Positions 51,276 through 59,896 of a stretch of 64,000 nt of DNA are shown in pieces. The DNA lies in assembly GCA_010906965.1 (NCBI GenBank), contig JAAFHB010000003.1:901-64900 (forward strand), read 5' to 3'. This stretch comes from Mariniphaga sp. (lineage in GTDB: Bacteria > Bacteroidota > Bacteroidia > Bacteroidales > Prolixibacteraceae). The position numbers were made by a program, and so were the translations under genes. The notes beneath the pieces were generated by a model. The model was not told the origin of the DNA. It saw only the letters and a list, made by a program, of their open reading frames with translations, and ran no database searches. Position 1 is the stretch's first letter; every line of letters starts with the position of its first letter.

Positions 51276-51482
51276 ATTGTGAAAGTTAGCTGATTAATTT
51301 TTATGTAACTGTGGATAAGTTTATGCTTTGAAACGGTTTGATAATTGATTAAAAGCGGATGGCAGCTGGATTGTGGCATATTGACTGATTTGTATTTTAA
51401 TTTATATAATAAAATTTTTTATTTGGTATATTTTAATTAAGTCTATTTAAGCTGCTATATTTTAATTGATTACAGTTATATC

Positions 51483-51631
51483 GCCACGAAGTGGCTTGTT
51501 TCCTTGATTACGATTATTGCTACAAAGATTCAGCTGCTACGCAGCCATTTTCGATGCAATGTAGTTGCAATCCCGCATATACGGGATTGTAGATTAATGT
51601 ATTGTGTCTATTTCGAAAGCAACGTAGTTGC
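51483..51631. repeat. Cluster of REP-like short stem-loops, same family as 25955-26041
   Basis: The hairpins are GCCAC-GAA-GTGGC (51483-51495), GCTGC-TAC-GCAGC (51533-51545, preceded by CTACAAAGAT), CAATCCCG-catata-CGGGATTG (51568-51589) and GCAAC-GTA-GTTGC (51619-51631). Confidence 0.6.
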
Positions 51632-51688
51632 GACATTTTCATTTTTCAAATTTTTACCAGACAACATTGAATTTTTTTATTTTCCTTG

Positions 51689-52828
51689 TTATTGTATTTT
51701 CTTTTGATACCGATTGAGTTGTTTTTTAAGATCGGATGATTGAACGGGTAAATTTAGCAGAAAATAGTAAACCCTGTTTGCTACATTTTCATTTTTACTG
51801 TCCAGCAGTGTGCAGAGTTTAAGTTGATCCTCGTAATCAAAATTGTATCGTTTTTCAAGTAACAAAAGTATCACATTCACAAGGTAATAATTGTCATTGT
51901 TGATCAGTTTCATTAGCTCTTGCGCAACTGGTCTGGTTAATTTTTCAGATTCGCGGATATATTCAATGGCCAGGTTTTTGATTCTGAATTCTTCGCTTTC
52001 GAGCAATTTAATTACCTCTATTTGCAAATGCTCCTTGTCTATTAGGCTGCAATGTTTTAAGAATTTCAGGGCTTGCCTGGAAGATTGGTAATTTTCACTG
52101 TGCAGCATGGTAATGGCTGGTTCAATGAATTGTCTGTTGTCCATGTCGGATTCGCTGATCCAACGAAGTGCAATTATTTGATTGTATGGATCCATATTCT
52201 GTAAGGTATTGGTCAGTAATTGATTTGATAGCAAGTGTTTTTTTGTGTAATTCATTATGCTATCCCTGGTAACGCCATAGGTAAGGTGCCAAATCGTGTA
52301 GGAAGTATAGGCTGCTTCGGGTACGATCCATGGCGAGAGATCGGGAAGGGTAGCTCCTGTAATTCCATCGGATTTTTTAACGACTTGTTTTTTAGGATGA
52401 ATTTCTTCCGGCGAGTAGAATCCGAGTTGAGAGGTGGAATCGGAAAGTATCTCACTAAGTCTTTTATAGTCGCTTTCCAAAAATGGGACATGTTCCCTTT
52501 TGGTTAGCTCTTCACCCGGAGGAAGTGAATATCCAATGTATTTTCCGGTCACTTCCCAATACAGCGTGATATCAACAGGGCGACACAGGCTATCGATGCA
52601 AACGGCAGTATAAATATTCCGGCTGAATGCCTCCGGCTGGCTTGTGGCTGAGAAATAGATTGTCAGTGTATCATCAGGGACAGAGTCCATGAAATTGATC
52701 AATACTTTGGTCGTTTTAGCAGCTGCGTCAGGACGGAAGGGTGCATCTATAAACATCCGGCCCTTTTCGTCAGGCCGGATGCTTCCCATTAAAAGCAGGG
52801 CAAAAAATGTAATAAAGCCTTTGCTCAT
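51689..52828 (-). CDS. Secreted hypothetical protein: FMN_bind-like N-domain (DGITGAT motif) plus HEAT-like helical repeats
   Basis: 379 aa with signal-like FITFFALLLMGS. DGITGAT at aa 154-160 (nt 52349-52369) fits the [S/T]GA[S/T] flavinylation motif. The C-terminal half is repetitive and helical. Confidence 0.55.
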   Translation of the reverse strand: MSKGFITFFALLLMGSIRPDEKGRMFIDAPFRPDAAAKTTKVLINFMDSVPDDTLTIYFSATSQPEAFSRNIYTAVCIDSLCRPVDITLYWEVTGKYIGYSLPPGEELTKREHVPFLESDYKRLSEILSDSTSQLGFYSPEEIHPKKQVVKKSDGITGATLPDLSPWIVPEAAYTSYTIWHLTYGVTRDSIMNYTKKHLLSNQLLTNTLQNMDPYNQIIALRWISESDMDNRQFIEPAITMLHSENYQSSRQALKFLKHCSLIDKEHLQIEVIKLLESEEFRIKNLAIEYIRESEKLTRPVAQELMKLINNDNYYLVNVILLLLEKRYNFDYEDQLKLCTLLDSKNENVANRVYYFLLNLPVQSSDLKKQLNRYQKKIQ

Positions 52829-52831
52829 TTG

Positions 52832-54013
52832 TTATTTCATTTCTGCCAGCGTGCCCCATATTTCGACCAGACTTGCCTGATCGAGCAACCATTTGTACTG
52901 ATCATCTTTTTGCCCTTTCCAGTCTTTGCTGAACAGACCATTCTTATCGCGGATGTGACTCCACAATTGATCCATATTATCCCTGAAAATACCGAGATAT
53001 TCAGCATTTCCATCTAAACGGTACAACTCCATATAACCTCTAAACAGGATTGCATTGAACCAGTTTCCTGTATTTTTAAACAGCCTGATCTTTTTTCCTT
53101 CTGCAGTCGCGAATTCTTCTGTAAAATAATTTATCGCAGACCTGGCAATATTCTGTGCATCTTTCAGATACGCTTTTTTCCCGGTTAGCTTGTAAATCAT
53201 AGCGGCAGCTTGCAACATTTGTCCACTGTTGTAGGTGTATTTTGCGCGACCTATTTTTCCTGAAAGGTTTTTATTGTCGAAATACAGGTAATCGGTCGAA
53301 TCCTGCAAGTTGGCTTTTGTCCAGTTGTAAATCCGAAGTCCCCAGTTAAAATAGGCGCTGTCTTTGGTTGCTTCGAAAAGTTTGAAAGCCAGCACAGAGG
53401 CAGGTGCATTTGAACAGGTATTCTTCGACTGTTTTTTCTGCTCACACCAGTAAATGCCACCTCCAAGTTGTTCATCCCAGCCACTAAGCACGAATTGCCA
53501 CGTTTCGATGGATTTTTTCAGGTATTCAGGTTTTTTTGTCAGCATGTAGGATTCACAGAAATCGAGTGCCAACCAAACATTGTCGTCGTAAAACCGATCG
53601 GATTTACCAGCTGAAGTGATATATGACTGGTAACATGCTGGCTTGCGAATAGAATCGAAATATTGATCAAGGCCGGGCAAAATATCTGTTTCAAGTAGTT
53701 GACGATAATGTTTGTCCCCGGTAGTTTTCAGCAGCGCATTTACACCTGAGAATACTCCTGAAGTTGGCCACAGATAAGCCACGCGACGACCGGTCAGCGT
53801 ATCATCTCCGGTGAGGTAGCTTGCTTTGTTGTCCTGCTTATATGGGTAAGTTTCATTCAAGAGGCGATGGTGACCTGCACCATACAAACTGAAAATTTGT
53901 TGAAGCGTCGCTTTTGCCCGGATTAAATCTTTTTCTGCTGACTTCCCACGGAAACCGGATAAAACCAGAAATCCAACAAGTGTAACGAAGGCTAGTTTTG
54001 TTTTATTACTCAT
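52832..54013 (-). CDS. GH76-family (alpha-1,6-mannanase-type) glycoside hydrolase
   Basis: 393 aa with a signal peptide. Motifs are RFYDDNVWLALDF, LGGGIYWCEQKKQSKNTCSNAPA and YTYNSGQMLQAAAMIY. Confidence 0.8.
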   Translation of the reverse strand: MSNKTKLAFVTLVGFLVLSGFRGKSAEKDLIRAKATLQQIFSLYGAGHHRLLNETYPYKQDNKASYLTGDDTLTGRRVAYLWPTSGVFSGVNALLKTTGDKHYRQLLETDILPGLDQYFDSIRKPACYQSYITSAGKSDRFYDDNVWLALDFCESYMLTKKPEYLKKSIETWQFVLSGWDEQLGGGIYWCEQKKQSKNTCSNAPASVLAFKLFEATKDSAYFNWGLRIYNWTKANLQDSTDYLYFDNKNLSGKIGRAKYTYNSGQMLQAAAMIYKLTGKKAYLKDAQNIARSAINYFTEEFATAEGKKIRLFKNTGNWFNAILFRGYMELYRLDGNAEYLGIFRDNMDQLWSHIRDKNGLFSKDWKGQKDDQYKWLLDQASLVEIWGTLAEMK

Positions 54014-54085
54014 ATTCAGTTTTTTAATCTTCCTAAATCAGGCAAAAGTGTTTTTAGTTTTTAGAATATTAACCTTCTCCTTAAA

Positions 54086-55948
54086 CTATTCGGAAGTTTT
54101 CAGCAACGTTCCACCTTCATTGTACTTTTGAGTATTCGGAATATCTAATTTTCCTGTACCTTTTGCCATTAATATTTGTAGTTCAGAAAGATACGATTCA
54201 TAAACCTTTCGGGGAAGTGCACCATGATTTTTACAAACTGCCGCAGCCATACCAACGACTTCACCCATCATCCCCGTTGTACGCATAACCCTTACTGTAC
54301 CAAGTGCAACGTGCGTTACACTGATATTTCTGCCTGCCATAAACAGATTGTTGACATTGCGGGAATAGAGACAACGATAAGGAATCGCGTAAGGGTAAAT
54401 CGGTTTGTGTTTTGCAATAGAGAGAAACTCCTCCCCTGGAAAATACTGCGTATTTTTTGGATCCGGATAGTGCAGGTCAACTGTCCAGGAAGTGGGAGCA
54501 GTGCCATCAGGATATTTTATCTGATCTGTTAAGTCCTGTTCTTTAAGCACTAAATCCCCGGTCAATCGGCGCGATTCGCGCTTTCCGGCAACATAGGCCA
54601 CCCAACTTAGTTTGCTATTTTTGAAATTCTGATTTTCAGTAAATCTGTTTTTCAAATAGGACCAGTTAGAGAATACAACCATCATCCCGTAATCACGGAT
54701 CCGTTCAAAATCATTTACCTGATCATAATTCATTCCGGTTTCCCATTGCCAGTCCCCCTTTTTTATAGCCTGAGCATTTTTCTCATTGAAATTCAAACCC
54801 CAGGGTATAACAGGGAAAAATTCGGATCCGGAGGATTCCTCCGAATACCATTGCACAGATGATCCCATGGTCATTTTGTCTTTTACTTTGGGTGCTGTTG
54901 GTTCACCATATTCACTTTGACCTTCACGTCCCATCATAAAATCGGCCCCGGCCAGTGCTCCAATTGTTGCGTCACCTGTACAATCGGCGAAGAGCGGCGA
55001 TTCAAACCGAAGTTCTTTGGAATTTTCGATGTTTACGGCACGTACTGATTTGATAAGTTCCCCTTCTTTCTCAACACTGTTTGCACGATAATTTAGAAAA
55101 AGCGTAATGTTTTTCTCCGATGTAACAGCATCCAGTTTTTTCTGATCTTCGTAAAACGAGGCCGGTTGTGCATTGCCACCCTTGTCTGGTCCAATCTCGT
55201 TGACCAGATTTCCCAGGGCTGGGTACGGATTCAGGTTGATCCGACCACCCAGATGAACACGTACTTCGGAACTGTTATTTCCGCCCAGAACCGGACGATC
55301 CTGAATCAGTGCCACTTTCACACCAAGACGGGCAGCTGAAAGTGCTGCACAGGTTCCTGCCATTCCTCCACCAATAACTACGAGATCAAATTTTCCGGCC
55401 GATTCAGGTACTTCAGGCAAACCCAATGCTTTTTTTCTGAAAGCAGCCAGTTTTTCGGGTGAGTTTTCAGGGCGAAAGGTTGGATCACTGCTAAACAGAA
55501 TTGCATCGCAACGACCGTTAAAACCCGTCAGATCGTGCAGCGAAATTGTCGATTCTCCGGCTTTAATCTTTACTGAACCACCATTTTGCCAGTTCCATTC
55601 TGTATCCTGGGTTCCAAAAATGGCTTTCAGTGGTTTGTTATTAATGATGACATTAAATCTTCCGGGCGTCTCTTTGTCAGACCAATAGCCTACCCAGTTG
55701 CGTGTTCTTACAAAAATATTATAGGTCCCGGTTTTCGGAAAAATTACTTTGGTTGATGCGTCTGCGACGGGTTTCCCAAGTCCGTGTGCCATCAGGAAAG
55801 GCGATCCCATCTGATCCATAAATTGTTGGTCGACGACCCACCCGCCTTTGTTCGTGAAACTCTCGGCTTCGACCAAAACCTGTGAAAACAGCGTAGATGG
55901 CAGGCTGCAGATGAATGTAAAAAATAGTAGTATCCTTAAATTCTTCAT
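54086..55948 (-). CDS. Secreted FAD-dependent oxidoreductase (PF12831-like) with N-terminal CBM-like beta-sandwich
   Basis: The ORF track starts at 55996; ATG 55948 provides the signal peptide MKNLRILLFFTFICSLPSTLFSQ. An N-terminal ~170-aa beta-rich domain (VEAESFTNKGGWVVDQQFMDQMGSPFL) is followed by FDLVVIGGGMAGTCAALSAARLGVKVALI. Confidence 0.8.
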   Translation of the reverse strand: MKNLRILLFFTFICSLPSTLFSQVLVEAESFTNKGGWVVDQQFMDQMGSPFLMAHGLGKPVADASTKVIFPKTGTYNIFVRTRNWVGYWSDKETPGRFNVIINNKPLKAIFGTQDTEWNWQNGGSVKIKAGESTISLHDLTGFNGRCDAILFSSDPTFRPENSPEKLAAFRKKALGLPEVPESAGKFDLVVIGGGMAGTCAALSAARLGVKVALIQDRPVLGGNNSSEVRVHLGGRINLNPYPALGNLVNEIGPDKGGNAQPASFYEDQKKLDAVTSEKNITLFLNYRANSVEKEGELIKSVRAVNIENSKELRFESPLFADCTGDATIGALAGADFMMGREGQSEYGEPTAPKVKDKMTMGSSVQWYSEESSGSEFFPVIPWGLNFNEKNAQAIKKGDWQWETGMNYDQVNDFERIRDYGMMVVFSNWSYLKNRFTENQNFKNSKLSWVAYVAGKRESRRLTGDLVLKEQDLTDQIKYPDGTAPTSWTVDLHYPDPKNTQYFPGEEFLSIAKHKPIYPYAIPYRCLYSRNVNNLFMAGRNISVTHVALGTVRVMRTTGMMGEVVGMAAAVCKNHGALPRKVYESYLSELQILMAKGTGKLDIPNTQKYNEGGTLLKTSE

Positions 55949-55953
55949 ATAAT

Positions 55954-58383
55954 TTATTCTGTAACGTTGATGGTAACATTCGTTTCTTTTAGCCATGGGG
56001 CTGCAAATTTCAGGGTTACTGTACCAGTTTTGCCTGTTGCCTGCACATAAGCCAACAGCCGTCCATGATATACACGCTGTACATTATCGTTGTAATCGCC
56101 CATGTCTGAATTGTTGCTTGCTTCGAGGCCCAAAAGAGTAGCAGGTCCTTCGATTGTGCACGTAACTTCGTCTTCTGAAATCATAACCGGAACCCCCTTT
56201 TCGTCAACCACCTGCAACACAACCTGGGCAAGTCCCCGGTTTTTGCTGACAGATGAAACATCCGACTGAGCTGTTAAAGCATATGGCCTGTCAGACGATT
56301 GCAATGCGTAATTACAGATTGCTTTTTCATCCTTATCCAATCCGATAACTTCCAGTTTTCCTTCATGGAAAGGAATATCCCAATAGATGATACCCTTGAT
56401 GTCGTCATATTTCTTAACTTCTCCAACCTGCATGCCGTTTAACATCAGTCGGGATTTTGCCGTATTGGTATAACAAACAACCCGAATCATCTCTCCCTCT
56501 TTGTAGTTCCAGACAGGCCATGCGTCCATTGAAAGATGATTGTTTTTCGCAGGCTGATGGTAGGTTCCGATATAGGTAACTGGTTTTACGCTCCACAATG
56601 CCTGGCGGAAATGACCCCTTGGTTTAATAAATCCCCCAAAATCGAGGAATCCTGAATAGAATCCCCTTGATGGCCAGGCGCCCGATTCACCCAGGTAATC
56701 AATACCTGTCCAGATAAACTGACCGAAAATATATTCTGTATCCCTCACAACCTTCCACGACTCCATGCTGTGTCCGTTTTCACTTCCAAATATGACCCGT
56801 TTCGGATATTTTGCATGATCCTGGGCATAACGATCTTCCGTATAATTATATCCTGTGATGTCAAGCGTTCCGGGATAATCTGTTTCGTTCGACATGACGA
56901 CTCCTGCCAATCCGGCAGTAACCGGGCGGGATGAATCAAGACTACGAACAATGGCGGCCAGTCGTTTGGCGATACCACCTAACCGTTCGGCTTTGGGGTT
57001 ATTGGGCAAATAGCCTCCCTGCACTGGCTGGTTGATATTGGCATGATCGAGTACCGGATGTGTATACGGGTCATTGGGATAATCGACCTCGTTACCAATG
57101 CTCCACATAATTATTGAAGCATGGTTCCGGTCGCGCCGGACCATATCCGCAAGATCCCTGTCGCTCCATTCATTAAAATACGAAGCTGCTCCCTGAAATC
57201 CGGGTATGCCTTTATTCCATCCTTTTATCCATTTTTTCTTTGCAAATTCCCATTCGTCAAAAGCTTCATCCATAACAAGAATGCCTAATTCATCACACAA
57301 TTCGTACACATCGGAGGCTTGCGGATTATGGGTCATTCGGATGCCATTGCAACCCATATCTTTCAGCGTAAGCAACCTTCTTCTCCAGACTTCGCGGGGA
57401 ACAGCCGAGCCTAAACATCCGGCATCGTGATGAATACATACACCTTTCACCTTTGTCCATACACCATTTATTGCAAGACCTTTATCTGGATCGAAAGTCA
57501 ATTCACGCAACCCAAGTTGCTGCTCATTCTGGTCAATTACTTTCCCATTTTGCTGAACGACTGTCTTTAATGTATAGAGATTAGGCTGTTCCAACGACCA
57601 GCGTTTAGGCGAATGAACAGTGATTGTTTGTTTGATTATTCCTTTAAGTTTAGCGCCAACCTCCAGATTTTTTGACCCTTTGGCGACCACTTTCCCTGAT
57701 GCAGGATCAATGATCTCGTGTAAGATTTTGACAGTAGCACCAGATGCAAGACTATTGTTTATCGTAGTTTCGACTGAAACCTCCGCCTTTTTATCTGTAA
57801 TGTTGCTGGCGTTGAAGTAAACTCCCCATAAATCGATATGCACCGGAGAAGAATAAACAAGATAAGCATCTCTGTAAATTCCCGATCCGGAATACCAGCG
57901 GGAGTCAGCATCCAAAGAATGATCGACGCGTACTGATATCAGATTCTCCTCCCCATATTTTAAAAAGGGTGTCAGATCGTACATAAACGCGATGTAGCCA
58001 TTTGGACGTTTACCAACCGATTGCACATTGATGAAGACTTCACTTTGGTTATAAACGCCTTCGAAATAGATAAAGACACTATTCCCTTTTTCAGTCGCGG
58101 GTACTGTGAAAGTTTTTCGGTACCAGGCAATTCCACCCGGAAGATATCCGGTCGCGCTGGCTTTGTCGGGACTATAAACCCCTTCCACGCTCCAGTCGTG
58201 AGGCAGATTGAGTTGTCTCCACTTCGAATCGTCTAAGCCAGTCTGAGCCCCATCTTTTAAATCAGACAGGTTAAACCGCCAACCTTCGTTAAAAAGGACT
58301 GCTTTGCCAAACTGTGGCTTTGCCTGAAGTGCACTTCCCATGAGAAAAAATATGGCAGCGCATAAAATACCTTTTAGTTTCAT
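55954..58383 (-). CDS. GH2-family glycoside hydrolase (beta-galactosidase-like)
   Basis: 809 aa with a signal peptide. It has the sugar-binding domain motif NLPHDWSVEG, the acid/base region MWSIGNEV and C-terminal Ig-like domains. Confidence 0.9.
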   Translation of the reverse strand: MKLKGILCAAIFFLMGSALQAKPQFGKAVLFNEGWRFNLSDLKDGAQTGLDDSKWRQLNLPHDWSVEGVYSPDKASATGYLPGGIAWYRKTFTVPATEKGNSVFIYFEGVYNQSEVFINVQSVGKRPNGYIAFMYDLTPFLKYGEENLISVRVDHSLDADSRWYSGSGIYRDAYLVYSSPVHIDLWGVYFNASNITDKKAEVSVETTINNSLASGATVKILHEIIDPASGKVVAKGSKNLEVGAKLKGIIKQTITVHSPKRWSLEQPNLYTLKTVVQQNGKVIDQNEQQLGLRELTFDPDKGLAINGVWTKVKGVCIHHDAGCLGSAVPREVWRRRLLTLKDMGCNGIRMTHNPQASDVYELCDELGILVMDEAFDEWEFAKKKWIKGWNKGIPGFQGAASYFNEWSDRDLADMVRRDRNHASIIMWSIGNEVDYPNDPYTHPVLDHANINQPVQGGYLPNNPKAERLGGIAKRLAAIVRSLDSSRPVTAGLAGVVMSNETDYPGTLDITGYNYTEDRYAQDHAKYPKRVIFGSENGHSMESWKVVRDTEYIFGQFIWTGIDYLGESGAWPSRGFYSGFLDFGGFIKPRGHFRQALWSVKPVTYIGTYHQPAKNNHLSMDAWPVWNYKEGEMIRVVCYTNTAKSRLMLNGMQVGEVKKYDDIKGIIYWDIPFHEGKLEVIGLDKDEKAICNYALQSSDRPYALTAQSDVSSVSKNRGLAQVVLQVVDEKGVPVMISEDEVTCTIEGPATLLGLEASNNSDMGDYNDNVQRVYHGRLLAYVQATGKTGTVTLKFAAPWLKETNVTINVTE

Positions 58384-58394
58384 TCGTCGATGTT

Positions 58395-59615
58395 TTAAAT
58401 CTTTAAATATATTCTTCGAAAAAAATTCTCATCAAAAGGATATAACCAGAAAAATTGAAGCGGAATATCAGGATAATTTTCTGTAAATATCTTGTATTTA
58501 TTTAAATTCACCTGGTTATTATCATATTTCACTTCAATGGCTTTTAATTGTTCATTTTCCGAAAGTACAAAATCAACTTCATTCCCTGCACTCGTGCGCC
58601 AATATTGAATTGCGTCTGTGCCAATTTTATCGGCAAGAATTCTGAAAACAGTATTTTCCCATAATTCACCTTTGTCTGTTCTTACAGCCATTGGTTGAAA
58701 ATTGTTCAACAAACAGTTTCTTAATCCGGTGTCAAGCATAAAAACTTTGGGCATCTTCACCAGTTCTTTTCGCAGATTCCGGAAAAATGGTTTTATAAGT
58801 GCGATGTGAAAGCACTTCTGCATGATGGTGAGAAAATTATCTACCGTTTCATTCTTTATGCGCAAGGTTGATGAAAGTTCATTTATATTTACCATATTGC
58901 CTGTCTGACCAGCCAGAATCCTAAACAGGTTGTAAAAGGCTGTTTCGCTGACAACACCCGACTCCAAAATGTCCCGTTTTACAAATGAGTCCCTGATCTC
59001 CTTTAGTCGATTTATCTTTTCCTGCTTATCGGGTTCTGTTACTATTGCCGGATAACCACCATAGATCATATACGATTCCCATTCAACACGAAGGTAATCG
59101 ATAAGTGTACTTTTGAAGTCTCCGTTTTTAAGCAGTTGATCTCTTTCTTCTTTGAGATCTGTTTTACCGCTTAATTCGAGATATTCATCAAACGAACAAG
59201 TGTACAATTGAAATATTTTTTTTCTGCCTGCCAGCGAATCCCTAAACTGATTATCGATGTAAAAAGCGCTGCTTCCTGTTGCCACCACCTTAATTTGTTC
59301 TGAATGTTCATCATATAAGAGCTTCAGAAAATTGGAGGGATCATCCAGGTATTGAATCTCATCGACCAGTGCAACTGTTCTTTTGTTTGGTTCTGGCATG
59401 AATTTCAATAAGTTCAGGGGATTTTCGTTCAATTCAGCAAGTATGGTTTTGTTTTCAAGATTCAGAAAAACAACCGGAATCTCCATTTCTTTGCAATAAA
59501 CCTCCAGCTGTTTCAACAAGGTTGATTTCCCGGTTTGCCGTGCCCCCGTGATGATGGTAAATTCTTTTTTCAAAAGGTGAGCCTGTAAATCTTCGAATAG
59601 CTTCCTGCGTATCAT
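58395..59615 (-). CDS. AAA+ ATPase (AAA_14) with C-terminal DUF4143 / PD-(D/E)xK-like domain
   Basis: 406 aa with Walker A GARQTGKST and Walker B VALVDEIQ. The C-terminal GNEVDFVL...AIEVKY pattern resembles a restriction-endonuclease-like motif. The gene is visibly AT-rich. Confidence 0.85.
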   Translation of the reverse strand: MIRRKLFEDLQAHLLKKEFTIITGARQTGKSTLLKQLEVYCKEMEIPVVFLNLENKTILAELNENPLNLLKFMPEPNKRTVALVDEIQYLDDPSNFLKLLYDEHSEQIKVVATGSSAFYIDNQFRDSLAGRKKIFQLYTCSFDEYLELSGKTDLKEERDQLLKNGDFKSTLIDYLRVEWESYMIYGGYPAIVTEPDKQEKINRLKEIRDSFVKRDILESGVVSETAFYNLFRILAGQTGNMVNINELSSTLRIKNETVDNFLTIMQKCFHIALIKPFFRNLRKELVKMPKVFMLDTGLRNCLLNNFQPMAVRTDKGELWENTVFRILADKIGTDAIQYWRTSAGNEVDFVLSENEQLKAIEVKYDNNQVNLNKYKIFTENYPDIPLQFFWLYPFDENFFRRIYLKI

Positions 59616-59667
59616 GGCATTTAGTTTTGTAACAAAAATAAGAAGTTTTTATTTGATTTACAAGCGA

Positions 59668-59748
59668 GGGGGTAAATTATCGGATATTTTACCCCCTGCA
59701 TAGGGTAAATTATCGGATATTTTACCCCCTTCATAGGGTAAATTATCC
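59668..59748. repeat. 33-bp tandem repeat (2.4 copies), each unit containing an inverted repeat GGGTAAA-N13-TTTACCC
   Basis: The three copies are GGGGGTAAATTATCGGATATTTTACCCCCTGCATA, then GGGTAAATTATCGGATATTTTACCCCCTTCATA, then the partial GGGTAAATTATCC. The array lies 53-133 nt upstream of the ATPase start codon. Confidence 0.85.
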
Positions 59749-59896
59749 CAAATGCTTAAAAATAATTGTGAAATATATGTTAAAACATTGTGTATGAGCT
59801 ATATTTGCAATTTTAAATTTTTGAAACTGAATTTTGTTTGATAACATCGAATAAAATTGGATGCTAATTGGCAACAATATTTAAAGTCTCAGAATA

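Noticed and set aside
51504-51707. 67-aa ORF (MITIIATKIQLLRSHFRCNVVAI...)
   Set aside because: It spans the REP-like hairpin cluster and AT-rich spacer. This is a typical spurious translation of palindromic repeats.
58395-59615. Calling the AAA+/DUF4143 ATPase a defence system
   Set aside because: It is a single gene with no partner nuclease, methylase or sensor genes and no flanking mobile-element genes. This family is common and functionally unassigned, so only the composition anomaly is reported.
59668-59748. Possible CRISPR array
   Set aside because: The repeats are directly adjacent with no spacers, there are only 2.4 copies, and no cas genes are in the window.
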